NCBI GenBank assembly: GCA_964252035.1
Contig: OZ176204.1
Source of the DNA: Podarcis erhardii
Taxonomy: Eukaryota
DNA length: 64,000 bases
Strand: one strand, 5' to 3'
The notes under the pieces are model-generated. The model was given only the letters and a program-made list of their open reading frames with translations, did not search any database and was not told where the DNA came from. The position numbers were made by a program, and so were the translations under genes. Shown here piece by piece: positions 8,901 to 22,500 of the stretch (the first letter of the stretch is position 1; each line of letters starts with the position of its first letter).

Positions 8901-11900
8901 CTGTGCAGAGGGCTTTGGGGAAGGGTCATATTATCAGAATATGCAAACACTTGGAAACAGCAAGAATCTAAGCCTTTCCATAATCTTGCACAGCTGTCTA
9001 CTTTCCTCCCCAGGTCCACAATTAGTGGCGGACTATGAAATCTAGCCAAACGTGTGAACATATGCCAGTTCTTCATATGGCACCCACACTGTTGAACCAT
9101 CTGTCATTATTGTGGTGATGACCAAACTGTGGCTAATACTGGTTGTTTCATGCGTATTTGTATGAGCTGTGCAGGTATCATGGTGTGTAGGGGGAACATT
9201 GAAATGGAGCAGTGAAGACCACAAAGCTTGCATTTTGCTCATACTTACTGTCAGATATGAAGAATATGGAATGGATGGTGGCAGCATGTGGCAGTGGAGA
9301 AAGTGATTTAGATGCCAGTGATTGGCTGTGAATGGGATCAGGGGCTGCTTTGACATATGAGAGGCTTTGAGAAGGCATATGCAAACTTGGCCTTCCAGAT
9401 GTTTTGAGACTACAATTCCCATCATCCTTTATCACTGGTCCTGTTAGCTAGGAACGATGGGAGTTGTAGTTCCAAAACATCTGGAGGGCCGAGTTTGCTT
9501 ACGCCTGGCTTTGAGGGTAAGAAAGTGGCATGTACTAAGGAGCAGTGATCCCACTGGAAAATAAATTAAGGGTGAAAAGTTAACACTGAGATGGCAAGCT
9601 CTGTTCATACATTAGCCCTTCCCAAATACTTATTTCAAGTTACCTGGTAAACATTTTTAGAACTGTAGCCTTCAAATTCTAATTTAAAACTCCAATTTCA
9701 CTTAATTGTAGTCTCCAGGTACTGATAAAAACAGAAGTCTTTTTTAAAAAGTTCTGAATAGAGAACAGTAATGGAAGGCTATTTCTACCTGTTTTTAAGA
9801 AGTAAGTCTTATGCGGATGGAAAAGAGTGCCTTTAACAGCTGCATAACAAAATTGTAAAAGGAGGATCTTTCCTGGAACACAGGTGCAGTGATGAAAAGC
9901 TCCACCTGTTGAAACCGTAACCTTGCAGTTATTAAAAGTACAGAGTCTTTATGACCTTTAATAGAGAGAAAATATGACAATCACAGTTACCAGGTTGTCA
10001 TAGAATCATAGAATTGGAAGGGACCCTGAGGATCATCTAGTCCAACCCCCTGCAATGCAGGAATACGCAGATGTCCCATACAGGGATCGAACCTGCAACC
10101 TTGGCATTATCAGCACCACACTCTAACCAACTGACCCATCCTGGCGGGGGGGGGGGGCGGATTATGAATGTCAGGTTGTATTATAAATGGCATGAGAAGA
10201 TGGTTCAACAAAACAGATGATGACAACAGCAAAACAAAGAGTCAGTTGACACACTTTGGGTTCAGTGCTGCAAGTTAGGTTATAAAGCAGGGGTGAGAGG
10301 GGCTGGTCATCTGAAGTGGTCATGACATCAGATGATTGTCAAGTTGGTGCCTCCACCCATGGTCAAAATTGGCCCACGGCTTGGAGGGAGATAAAAATTA
10401 AGAACTGGCCCATCTGTCCAAAAAGATTATCCACCCATGCTACAAGTGAACCTTTCACAGAGGAGGTGGTAGTGTTGTGGCAAAAATAAAAACATGGAGA
10501 ACAATGAGGATTAAACATGCTTTGAAATGGTGAGTGGAAATCCACCCATACACTACATCATGTTTATTAGTTTGTATGAGACCTGGAATAACTATCTAGA
10601 CAGCTTTGTTAGGGGTGGCATACAAATGTTTTTAATGTTATATGCAAATATATTTGCATGCTAACTAACATGCTAGTGAAGCAGTTTATATTTTAGACCT
10701 TCTGGGTTCAAATATGTGAAGACCCTGAATTGTCTTAGAGATCGTAACCTCTTCACCTAGAAGGCAGCCTGCAATGGCAATAAACTAGCACAAAGGGTTG
10801 AATGAATCTTTTAACTGCAGCTGCAGCTGGGGAGGTCGTTCCTGAAATCTCAGGTTGGGATACTATTTTGGTAGCAGGTGAGGCTGTTTTCTGTTATCTG
10901 AAACTCATCCATGCTGATTTCTCTCTCCTCAGGCAGAATACACCAAGTAATTTATAAAGGCAGGCTTTGGCCTCTTTGCTGACATACCACTTTAGTATCT
11001 TCTGCTTAAATCTTGGAAAAATTATTGTAAATGAACAGAGGTCGAATGGACCAAGTAGTTATAGGCAGAGAGAATACAGCATGTGCTCATAAACCATTTA
11101 ATGCATTCTGCCAGAAGTCCAGCCAACGGACAAGAGAAGAGGTTAGGAATTGTACTTCACCAGCTTTCAGGGCAGTTTTCTGGATGGGAAGGATTTCCCA
11201 CCCTGTGATATGGCCTAGGAGCTTATTTGGTGGAGAGGTGAGAGTTTTTTAACAGGTAGGTAACTTGAGATTGAAAACGGTAGGTGCAAGATACAGAAAC
11301 TATCTTCTTGTGTTCTCCTCAAGCAAAAATCGCAATTAGTTCTTTTAGGGTGCAGTCCCAGCACATCTGTTGGATGCCTCCATCCCCCATCCCATTTTAT
11401 TAGACAAGCTACCCAAACATGCAGTTTTTATTATGTGCCTGTAGATAGATAATTTTTATTATGGCTATCATTTTAAAGTGTATTTTTATTATTGTGATAG
11501 TTTATACCATTTTATGTAAACCACTTTGTTTTTTATGAAGTGGTGTAAAAATTTGCTAAATAAATAAAAGGAAATGGATCTATTTTATGTCCATGAGATT
11601 GTAGCAATGTCCTTCCAATCTGTGATACTGCTGCTGTATCCCAGCCCATGTTACATCATTGCACCATTTTGAAAGATGCACTGAAACCGTGAATGAGCAT
11701 AGTTTCTCATGCTAAACTTACTACGTGTACTTCTCTGAAATGCCTTATTATGACACTAACTAGAATCCAGGGATAGAATGATTTCATTGGAATATTTGCT
11801 CACCTGTTGAAAAAGGACTGTTCCTGGGTATAGAAACGTGCTTGGGCAATTTGTATTCTTGCTGAAGAGTAAAGTTAAATAAATGCCACGTTAAATAAAA

Positions 11901-13485
11901 AGTTCTAGAAGCAGCAAAGCAGTTCCTATAAAAGTCTGAAAGTTTGATTTTATTATATCAATCTCTAATGATGGTTCCACTAATATGAGCATTATTTTTA
12001 AACTATAAGTGAGTGTTGCATGCCGTGATGTTGGTTTTTCAGAAAACCTTGAGTTGGAAACCTTCCTTGAAAAATGTTCAGTGCCTTAAATAGAGCATAG
12101 TTAGCATGTGCATTTTGTATTTAGTAAACAAAACTAAACAGTTTCAGTCTGAGATGTTATTACATTATATGTATTTGATTTATTTTACCTCCTATTTACA
12201 AATCATTATAATATATATGTATTCTCTCACACTTTATTGGGATAGGAAACGAAGAACATTAATTTCAACTTTGAAACTTTGGTAATCCACAATAGTGTCA
12301 TCCATTCATTGATACTAATTAATGTTATCTAATTAGATAGCTTCCAGTTAGAACCTTTCTTGTGACTCGGCAAAATGTTTTTTCAGTAGTTATCATATTG
12401 TGCGAAAGTTACTAATTCAGCTGAGACTCTTGATTGCACCTGTAGCAGTTGGTAAGCAATCAACCCTCTCCCCTTGAACAGGTGGCCAGACTTAATGACA
12501 ACTCTTAATCTATAATACAAGTTGCTAGAAACATCAGGAGGGGAGAGTGCTCTTGTGCTCAGGACCTCCTTGAATCTTGCCCATAGGCACATGGTTGGCC
12601 ACTGTGAGAACAGGACGCTAGACAAGATTCATCATTTTCCTGATCCAGGAGGCTCTTACATTTCTAACAAGCCTTTTGTACTGCAAGCAGAGTCATTAAA
12701 AATGGAGGTGGAAGTCACCTCCATTTTTTGATTGGCTAATGAGACTGGTGATACTAGAAATGGAGTTTCTAATACATGATTGGGCCAAATGACAACCCAT
12801 CTTAGGAATGGAGGCCAGTTTTTATTGGTTTTTATTGGCTTTTCCTTCTGCTTTTGGATTCCTGATAAGATTTCCCAGGAAGACAGAGAATTCACAGGCT
12901 GTCAAACCCAAGCCTGTTCAAGCAAGCAACAAATAACTAGCTAGGTTAGATTGACTTGATTTGGTTTTATTTGCAACTCTGGGTGTGTGGTTGTTGTCTT
13001 CTCTTTTCCTTCCTTTTTCCTTTCCTGTTATACACTAATAAAATTTGTTATATGTTAACATTTGCATTCATTGTTTAAAAAGGCAATTTTCTGGAATTTC
13101 TTATTAAAACCTTTCATGCAGGTACTAAGATAGTACAGCTGAGCTTTAGGTGTTGTTGTTGTTGTTGTTTGTTCTGAAGAGATTTCACAATGTTTTGTGG
13201 AAATTTTAGCTTTCGGAAAGTAAATCCAAAGCTTCCCTCTTAGTTTTTTTCCCTAGACTGAAGGGGGGGGGGAATCCTGAGAAACAAGACTCATAAACAC
13301 ATTTAGACAGACCAGGGTGTGTGGCAGGAGGTTCTCCATTCTCCCTGGCAGCAACCTATTCTAATTCTCTGGGGGAGAGGTGGGGGCCATTATACAAAAA
13401 ATGTGTTTGCTGGTAAGGCAAGCTCCCCCTTCCCCAATCCATCACAATGCTATTCAAAGGATGGTATATGCTATCTATCAATATG

Positions 13486-13527
<42 letters not shown>

Positions 13528-16500
13528 TTGTATCCTGCCCTCCCCGGCCAAACTTGGGCTCAGAGCAGCTAACAGGTAAAAATAGCACAGTGTACATAAA
13601 ATCACACAATTAATTAAAATACATTCTAGAATCAATTCAGAATCAAATTAATGGCAACTATTGGGTTAGAGTTCTATGAAGATTACAGAAGGAGAGAGGG
13701 GATCAGACTGTGCCTTGGACAAAGGCCTGGCAGAACAGCTCCGTCTTGCAGGCCCTGCAGAAAGATATCAAGTCCCGGAAGGTCCTAGTCTCTTGTGACA
13801 CAGCGTTCCACCAGATTGGAGCCACGGCCCAAAAAGCCCTGGCTCTAAAGCTACAAAGTATGGCATAACATTCTACCTGTGTTGTGATTCCAAAGTACAA
13901 TTAGTTTATGATGAAGATACATTTTGGAATATGAACGTGAGCAAGCAGCTTGAAACTTCGTTTCTAAGCTACTGTCTGGTGTAACAACACATTTACAGGG
14001 TTCTGAATAAAATATAACATCGCCTGTGTTCCACTAGACATAGGATTAACTAGGAAAATCCTGACACAAGTTGGCATTTTGAAGAAAAACAAATAAATCA
14101 CCCCATAATTCCTTGCTACAAAATCCAGAAGTGTGAACAGCAGAATTTTTAGTTTTCAAGATTTGACACTTAGGTTATGTGCCCAAGAAAGGAAAGACGG
14201 CATTCATTGCATGATGATACATCAGTCTCAGACTAGAATTTAAGGTCTCAGATAATGTGTGGTTTCATTGCAAGGTCTCTCCCCCCCCCTTGCTGTTACT
14301 TGTAATTCACAACTCAAAATTATTGCACTGATATACTTGTGCCAAAGTTATAATTGTTATATGAATTGTAAACAGCCCTGTGATCCTCAGATGAAGGGTG
14401 GTATAGAAATGTAATAAATAAAATAAATGTTAATGGCTGTTTTATGCTTAAAAACTGGGTCATTGCGACCTACTTTTGCTTAAGTTTACATGGTGGGGTG
14501 TTGAATCTGATAACGTGAAATTCTTTAGCAGGCGCTGAAAATACAATAGTGAAGGTGCCTGTCTGATATGCAGTGGAGGGAATTCCAAAGGGCAGGTCCT
14601 GTAACACTAAAATGTCCCAGTTCTGACATTGTACAGAACGGATTGCCTGATAGGATGCAATCTGCAGGATGTCCTCTCCTGCAGAGTACAGCAATCAGTT
14701 GAGTATTTGGGATTGAGGTGATCTTGTAGGTCTTTTACTTGAAAAGGGAATGAAGACATTTTTTTAAAAAACTTGCAAATGATACAATGCTTAACAACTT
14801 CTACCAGGTATTTTTTGGGTGGGTGGGGTTGATCTTTCTGAAGACTGCGGATAGGGAGGAAGGGGTGAATTCTCCCTCTCCAGCTGCAGTCTCCAGGAAC
14901 ATTGTCGCCCCTACTGAAAACAGGTTTTAAAAACTCATTTATGGGAGCTAATGTAAGGTATTTGGAAGTCTAATGGGGGCGGGGCTGGTCATGACTGGGG
15001 AAGAAAGATTTAAAGTGAAAGTGTTCCTCCATTGCAGTTATGTTTGAAAGAATTACATTATAGACAGATGACTTTCCTCAAGCCTAATTGTGGTGCAGAG
15101 ACCTTGGGGGGGGGAGGGGTCACAGCGAGGGAATGGTTGGCTGGTCCTGTCCCAGTTGTGACCTAATGCCTACCTCCCCCCCCCAATGCCACTATTGGAC
15201 TTGATAGAAGCCTTATGTTGGCACCACTAGATTTTTTTGTCAGGAGGAAGGAAGCCCCAGGATCCTCTTGGGGCGCCAGGGAAGGTCTTGATGCACATCT
15301 GTGGGGTCACTTTGGTGACCCCCCCTTAGGCCATTTAGAGCTGATTAATGAAGAAGAGTATTTCAACTCTCAATTGCTCCTCGGCATATTAAATGATTGT
15401 CTGTGATCTGGTGTGGCTTGCCACTTTCCTTTTGAGTTGGTATAATGTTTAGCTGAAGAAGTGCTAGAAATCCAGGGGTGGGTGGGAGGGAATAGCATTT
15501 CTGAATGCTTATCTTCTCCCAGAGAGATAATTTCTTATAAATACATGGAAAAGGCTCTCAGAGAGTTAGAAGTGCAGTGGCTCGTACACAACACTTGCAA
15601 GAAAAGAGTTTAACCAACAACTCTGTATGCAGGAATTGGGTGGGGGGACTTGGCCTTGTGAATGTTAGCAGTTGCTGCATTGAAGGGTAGAGTTGAGCAG
15701 AGGCAGGCATGGACTAGTGATAGAGAAAGCAAGTTAAACCCTTATCTCTTTCTCTCACACACCCCTCTCCCAATCTCATTGTTCAGTGAAGTGCAGGTTT
15801 GAACTCTGGACCCTTATTGGAACATAGTGGTGTCCTCACCTTCAGCGTTTCTGCTTGTTGTGTCTTTGCCAGTTTATTTGGCTCTGTTTGTATCTTGTTT
15901 TGAATAGTTTTCAACAGCTTGTGTTCTTTGAGGGAGAATGCTATTTTTGCATTGACTCCTGACAGAAGATGGGTGCCTAGTTCTGGAATGGGTGAGTGAA
16001 GTGAGGCAATGTACTTCCCTAGTTGTGGTGCTGTAAGAAACTTTACTTGTTTAACTTTTCTGTGATTTTGTTTTTAAAGACAAAGGAGGTGGTGGCCTTC
16101 AGTGCCATCTAGTTGTCAGCCCTGCGGGCAGTATCTTGCCATACTGAAGCTAGATATGCCATCTAAATATGTATATTTTAAACGGGAAATTTTTGCTTTG
16201 TGCCTAGCAAAACTTGTGATGAGATCATTTTTGCATGTTTCAACTAACCTCACCTGATATTCTTTGTTGTATTAGATGGGCTGGTGATCCCGCTGGTGGA
16301 GTTGTCAGCAAAACAGGTGGCATTTCACATTCCATTTGAAGTAGTTGAGAAAGTCTACCCACCTGTGCCCGAACAACTGCAGCTTCGTATTGCCTTTTGG
16401 AGTTTCCCAGAAAATGAAGAGGACATCAGGTAATGCCATTCAGAATTCTCTTCGTTTTTCTTTTCTGTTTAAAGTTAACTTTATCTTCGACGCACCATCA

Positions 16501-19500
16501 GTGAAATAGGGAATTTCAAGTAGCCATATTGGCCCATTAGGGAAAAATCTATAAATGTATGAGAGTAATATCTATTGATTAGAATCAATTAAAAATGTCA
16601 CAAATGAGGGAGTAAGCTTTTATGTTTTCACGAACATTTCATCAGGTTGTATGCTAATAAAAAAATGATATTGTGTTGCATCCAGAAAAGTAGTTTTGTT
16701 AGTGAAAGGGCTTCTGGCTTCCCTCTCCTTTTCCCACATGTCCCCAAAATCTGTCCTGGGGGTTCCATCTGGGGCAGATTTGGGGAGGGCATGCGGTGCA
16801 CAGAGGGAGAGGAGAAGGAGGAGAACTTCCACTGAGCAAACAGAAATCTTTGCACTACTTTCTTGGATCCTGCCCATTAGATTGTTCCCAGCTGCATAAT
16901 GGAAATGGTCCTGGGCCATTCCCTACAATATGAAGACCAGTGATCCAGAATGCAGTGCTCTTTGTCTCATCTGAAGTACATTTAACAACAGAATGATTTG
17001 TTTTTCCTAGGCTGTACTCCTGCTTGGCAAACGGCAGTGCAGATGAGTTCCAGAGAGGCGAGCAACTTTTCCGAATGAGGGCTGTTAAAGATCCACTGCA
17101 GATAGGTATTTACATCTACCTTATGTTGGTACTGAGAAGAACTGAAATCTTATCCCAGATACAAACCCTACCTTGAAGGTTTGGGAGAGAAGGGTTTCTG
17201 AGTTGGGATGACATGGTTAGGTCCTGCCTCAGCCTGTACCATTGAGCTCTCATCCAGAAGGCCTGATTGGGGGGACGGACCCAGATAAAGATTCCTTTAT
17301 CCAGATCTGATCCACAAAGGTATAAAAAAGTGGCTCAGCAGACCCAGTTTCAGTTTGATGGAGTCCTGGAAACACTGCAGGTTTCAGCTGGTGATTTTTG
17401 CTAGGACTACTAAATTAGTTCTAGAATTTATAGACTTTTTTGCTTGCTATGTAGTCATCCCAAAAACAGAGAGCAGTATGACTGGAACATTTATGGTATG
17501 TGCTCACCAGCAACATCTGGTTGTGTTCCTTTAGTTATGGTATACTTTCCCCCACCTTCATGATTAACTTTATGCCACAGTTATAAGACATGCAATAAGA
17601 GGCTTAATGTCTGCTTCTTGGAAATTTTAGGTATGGGTTGTACAGCGTAATCCATTGGAAGACAAAAGGTGCACATGTTGACTCTGAGTTTATTAGGAAG
17701 CCTTAGCCTCAGTTAACGCAGCAGGTCTATTGAGAGAATGAATGTGTTTACAATTTTAAAGTGCAATTTAATGGTTGTTAATAGAAAGGAAATGAATCTA
17801 AACTCTGTTTAATGGGGGGTTCTGTAGTCCGGGCACTGATCTTTGCTACTCAACATTCCTTTGTTGAAAGCCTATTCTCATTAAATTGAAGTGACGGTTG
17901 ATCTTTGAAATAAATTACGGTTGCCAAAGTAAGACATTTCAGGTTTTGATTGGAGCAAGAAGAAGGAAAGGTGTAGTTAAAATAATTGGTTTGTTAGTGT
18001 TGTATGTAATATATTTTTTATGCTGAGTGCTATATCACCGTGCTTCGGTGTCAGACAATAATAACCTTTGGCCTGTTCTCCCAACAGGTTTCCATCTGAG
18101 TGCCACAGTGGTACCTCCCCAGATGGTACCACCAAAAGGAGCATACAATGTGGCAGTGATGTTTGACAGATGCAGGATCACCTCATGCAGCTGCACTTGT
18201 GGAGCTGGGGCCAAATGGTGTGCCCATGTTGTAGCCCTCTGCCTTTTCCGGATACACAATGTAGGCCTTGAATTATGACTATTGTTCTATTATATAGATA
18301 ACGAAGTACAGGGAATATTTATTGATAGGCATAAAATTAAAGTGTTCAGTAACTGCAAGTCCCCCCCTTTCTCTTCAGTCCTTTATACTAACATCTGTGA
18401 AGCTGCATTGAGTGGAACATAACTTGAAGTGAGGACATTAGCCCATATTCACTAATCTGTACTAAGTAGTGTTTAACATATATATTGTAAGAAACAACTG
18501 GCTGTACAAGCTGAAAGGATCAGTGCTACATATTTGCCTAAATGGCTGGATGCTTCAAAATTGATTACCAGAATATGCAAATGGACTTTGATGTGTCCAA
18601 TGGTCTACAATAGACAGTAGTAAGGAAGGTGGTTATCCTAGTTCACACAGCATTGGATGCAACCCTATACATTAATAGTATTGAATTGCTGCAATGGAAA
18701 ATTGAGTCTATGTATCAAAATTCTGTAAGCAAAAATAAAATGGATGTACTTAAAAACACCACCACCACCACCACCAAATCAATTCTGCTTTTGTACAATG
18801 CCAGCAGTATGTTTTGCACTCTGCAAATATAAATGAATGAAATGTATTCCGATTCTTTCAGTGAAGCAATTCCCCACCCTACCCCCATTGGAAAGAAAAA
18901 TATTTAAGCACATTTATCAACATGTGGTCAAGATACTGTACATTGTACAAATTGAGGATCTAGTCCTGCAGTTCGGTATAATCTCTCCCCTTGATGAATT
19001 ATTGACAAGCTTAGAATCAAATGCGGGATTTAAATGTTGATGGTTGAAAGGAAACAGTGATTAGGTATGGTTTGCTTAGCCATAGTTTATGAAGTAGACG
19101 ATAGACAAACCATAATTTTACTTAGTTTAATCTGAGAGGTAATATTGTATATGAACCCCCTACAAAAGCACTGCCAATGTCCGCTTCCAAGCATATTCTG
19201 TTGGTACATAATGATGTGGAAGCTTGAGAATAATCAGTGAGTTTTCTGTCCCCCTTGAAGGATTAGTTGCAAGAAGTCTGGAGTCCCCTGCATGTCAGAA
19301 ATTGGTTAGTGCTGCTGCTGCTTATTGTAGACAGGGTGGGAGAATTGAGATGTTAAATTCAGAAGGAAATATATGCATGAAATAGGTTCTTTATGATGAA
19401 TGTATTTTGATGCAGAACTAAATTTTCCTGAGTGGTTTAGAGAGCCTGTATGATAAAGGAATAGGCCATAAGTTGTAATGAAATGAATATAACCATGTAA

Positions 19501-22500
19501 GGTGGAGTAAACAAAGGTTACTGTTTGGTCATTGGAAGTTCTAATTGTTGCCTAGTTCCCTAATAAAGCAAATGTGTATATTTTGAACAGAATCTGGAAT
19601 ACGTATTGCTCTTCTGAAATACCGCACTTTGTTCTGATAAACTTGCTAGATTGTTTCTGAAACATCTTCTATTTGCAGCTTTATTTAACTTGGGGTGGGG
19701 AGGTGATGTTTAGCAGTAAGACTTTGTTAAAAGCAAGGCTCTCCGTGTTCTGCCTTTTCTACCTTAGGCATCTGCAGTGTGCTTGCGAGCACCTGTCTCA
19801 GAATCCCTGTCTCGACTGCAGAGAGATCAGCTGCAGAAATTTGCACAGTACCTCATCAGTGAACTTCCCCAGCAGGTATGATCTCCAAAGCACGTTGTAC
19901 TCAAATCATACAAATCATACAAATCATACACTTTTGCTTAGTCCTGCTTCCCAAATTGTGTGTTTAGTAGCCTTGAAAACAAGACTAAAAGGTTTTACTA
20001 GCCCATGTTTTTTTAGATATTGTTGTACAGGTTGACCTGTGGTATTTGGGTTCATAGATAGCTGTTTTCACTACAATACTGCTTTTCCTTTCCTTGTATC
20101 TAGTTCATAAATGGTATTGTGATAACGTCTTTCCTCAAGGAGCTGGTCGTCTTTTCCAAGAATGGGCATTGCCATGAGAGCAAACTACTTTATTAAATAA
20201 AAGTAGCGGCATCAATAAATTGAAATACCATTTATGTACTTGTATATTTAAAACATTTTAATGCTTCCCTTCATCTGAAACTATTCCTGGTGGTTTATCA
20301 ACTTAAAACAGAAGCATATTAAAGCAGCAAGTAAATAGTACAGCCATAAGGCTATGCTTCATGCATTAGCATGGAGAATAAACTTCTCATGCTTTTCCCT
20401 TTCCATCATCCATGCTCTAATATCTGCTGGATTCTCTGCATGAATGCCAAAGCAGGCTGAGTCCAAGACTTGACTTCTCTCTCATTAAAAGCTTGAAGAA
20501 TTGCATGAATCGGTACTGAAATTGTCTTTAGAATATTTTGTTCTATCACGATTGTGGTTGCAGCCCTGGGCTGCAGGAAGGAAGGAAGGGCAGGATATAA
20601 ATTGGGAGGAAGGGCAGGATATAAATATAAAATATAATATAAAATATAAATTGGGAGGAAGGGCAGGATATAAATTAAATAATACACGAATTGGGCCCTC
20701 TTGTGATGGGGCATCCTACGCTGTTTCATGGGGCCTGGCCCACATTGAATGTCATCTGCCTAGCGGAAGGGAGCAACTTGCACCATATTGTTTCCTTGTC
20801 ACCCCTGGCTGACAGTATATGCAAAGCTAAGATGCAATCCATGTTAAGGCAGTAGGCTCTCATGATCAGCATTTGGGAACAAGGACCTTCTCAAAAGCAG
20901 CCTAGCTCAGTGGAGTGATAGACAGGTGTCTGTGCAGACATAGCCATTCCTCAGACATTTGTTTTTATGCACTGAGTAGTCTGCTGTGATGGCAAGCTCT
21001 CATACTCCCCACCACTTCCTATCACTTTGATGCTTGTAAAGCACAGCTGTGGTAAAAAGAGCAGCTAGTCAAATTATATAATTTGGATTTCAACTGTGGG
21101 GTCCTTTTGTGGGTAGGGAAGAGCCTTATTGTAAATTCTGCCAGAAGGAATAGCATGAATAGCTATACGAAGATCAGGTGATTTTTAATGGGCAGGCTCA
21201 TACGGGGGAGGTGAACCTTAAGAGATGAGGTCTAGAGTTAATACAGAAGTCAATAATAGCACTTCCAATTGAACTTGGAATTTAACTGGCAGCTAGTGGA
21301 GTTTTCAGAATACTGCTCTCATGATCCCTCCACCACATATCAGTCAGGAAGTGGACTGCTGCATTGTGCATTAGCTGAAGTTTCTGAATGCTCTTAAAAG
21401 GCAACCATGTATAGTGGTGCCTCGCAAGACGAAATTAATCCGTTCCGCGAGTCTCTTCGTCTTGCGGTTTTTTCGTCTTGCGAAGCACGGCTATTAGCGG
21501 CTTAGCGGCTATTAACGGCTTAGCGGCTTTAAGAAAAAGGAAACAAACTCGCAAGAACTCGCAAGACGTTTCGTCTTGCGAAGCAAGCCCATAGGGAAAT
21601 TCGTCTTGCGGAACGACTCAAAAAACGGAAAACTCTTTCGTCTTGCGCGTTTTTCGTCTTGCACGTTTTTCGTCTTGTGAGGTACCACTGTATAAAGTGT
21701 GTTGCAGTAGTTTTATGGTCTTGGTCCCAGGGCCCTTCCTAATGGGTTTTATTTTTCTGTGTGGTACATGTTGAGCTATTACTCATTTTTGCAGAAAATC
21801 CTGCTGTCTTTTCTTGTGTTAGTTGTGTGCATCTAGCATTCCCCCCCCCCATATTTTTTTAAACTGCTTCCTTTGGCTAGTGTGTTTACACCAGAACATG
21901 TGGTATGCAGATTTTTGAGTAAATAGAAGCATGAAAGGCATGTGCTAACTAGGATTGGGTTCAAGTGTAGTGTGCAATTATTTTTCAAAAAGTTTTTTTA
22001 ATAAAATGTATTTACCTTTTAGCAAGATTTTCAGGGTAGCTAACAACAGAAACTCAGACATAGCTACTGTCTGATAAAACAAGATGTTAAAAATAAGAAT
22101 GAAAACTGTAGGGTGTGGTGGCAAAAAATAAATGATCCAGCCAATGCATGGGAGAATAAAAAATGTATTACATCTGACTCACAGTTAAAGAAGCTGGCAC
22201 CTGCTATGTTCCTATGAAGAGTATGCTACAGTTGAGGCACCTCCATTGAGAAGGCCCTACCTCCAGCTGCCATTTAGCTCACTTTTGAAAGGAGGGGGTA
22301 CCCAGAGCAGGGCTTCTGAAGTGAAATGTCTGGTTACTGCAAATGTGGCTGGCAGAAACACAATACTGTAAAGTTAAACCAACATTTCTGTTGCAATCCT
22401 ATGCACTCTTTCATGAGGAGTGAGCTTCATTGAACACTGGGCCTTATATTCTGAGGAAATACGCATAGGATTGTACTGGATCATAGCGTATTTTGAATGC

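Noticed and set aside
19902-19928. (CAAATCATA)3 just after the exon 5 donor, and a similar short duplication at 41464-41506
   Set aside because: Ordinary slippage duplications with no further structure.
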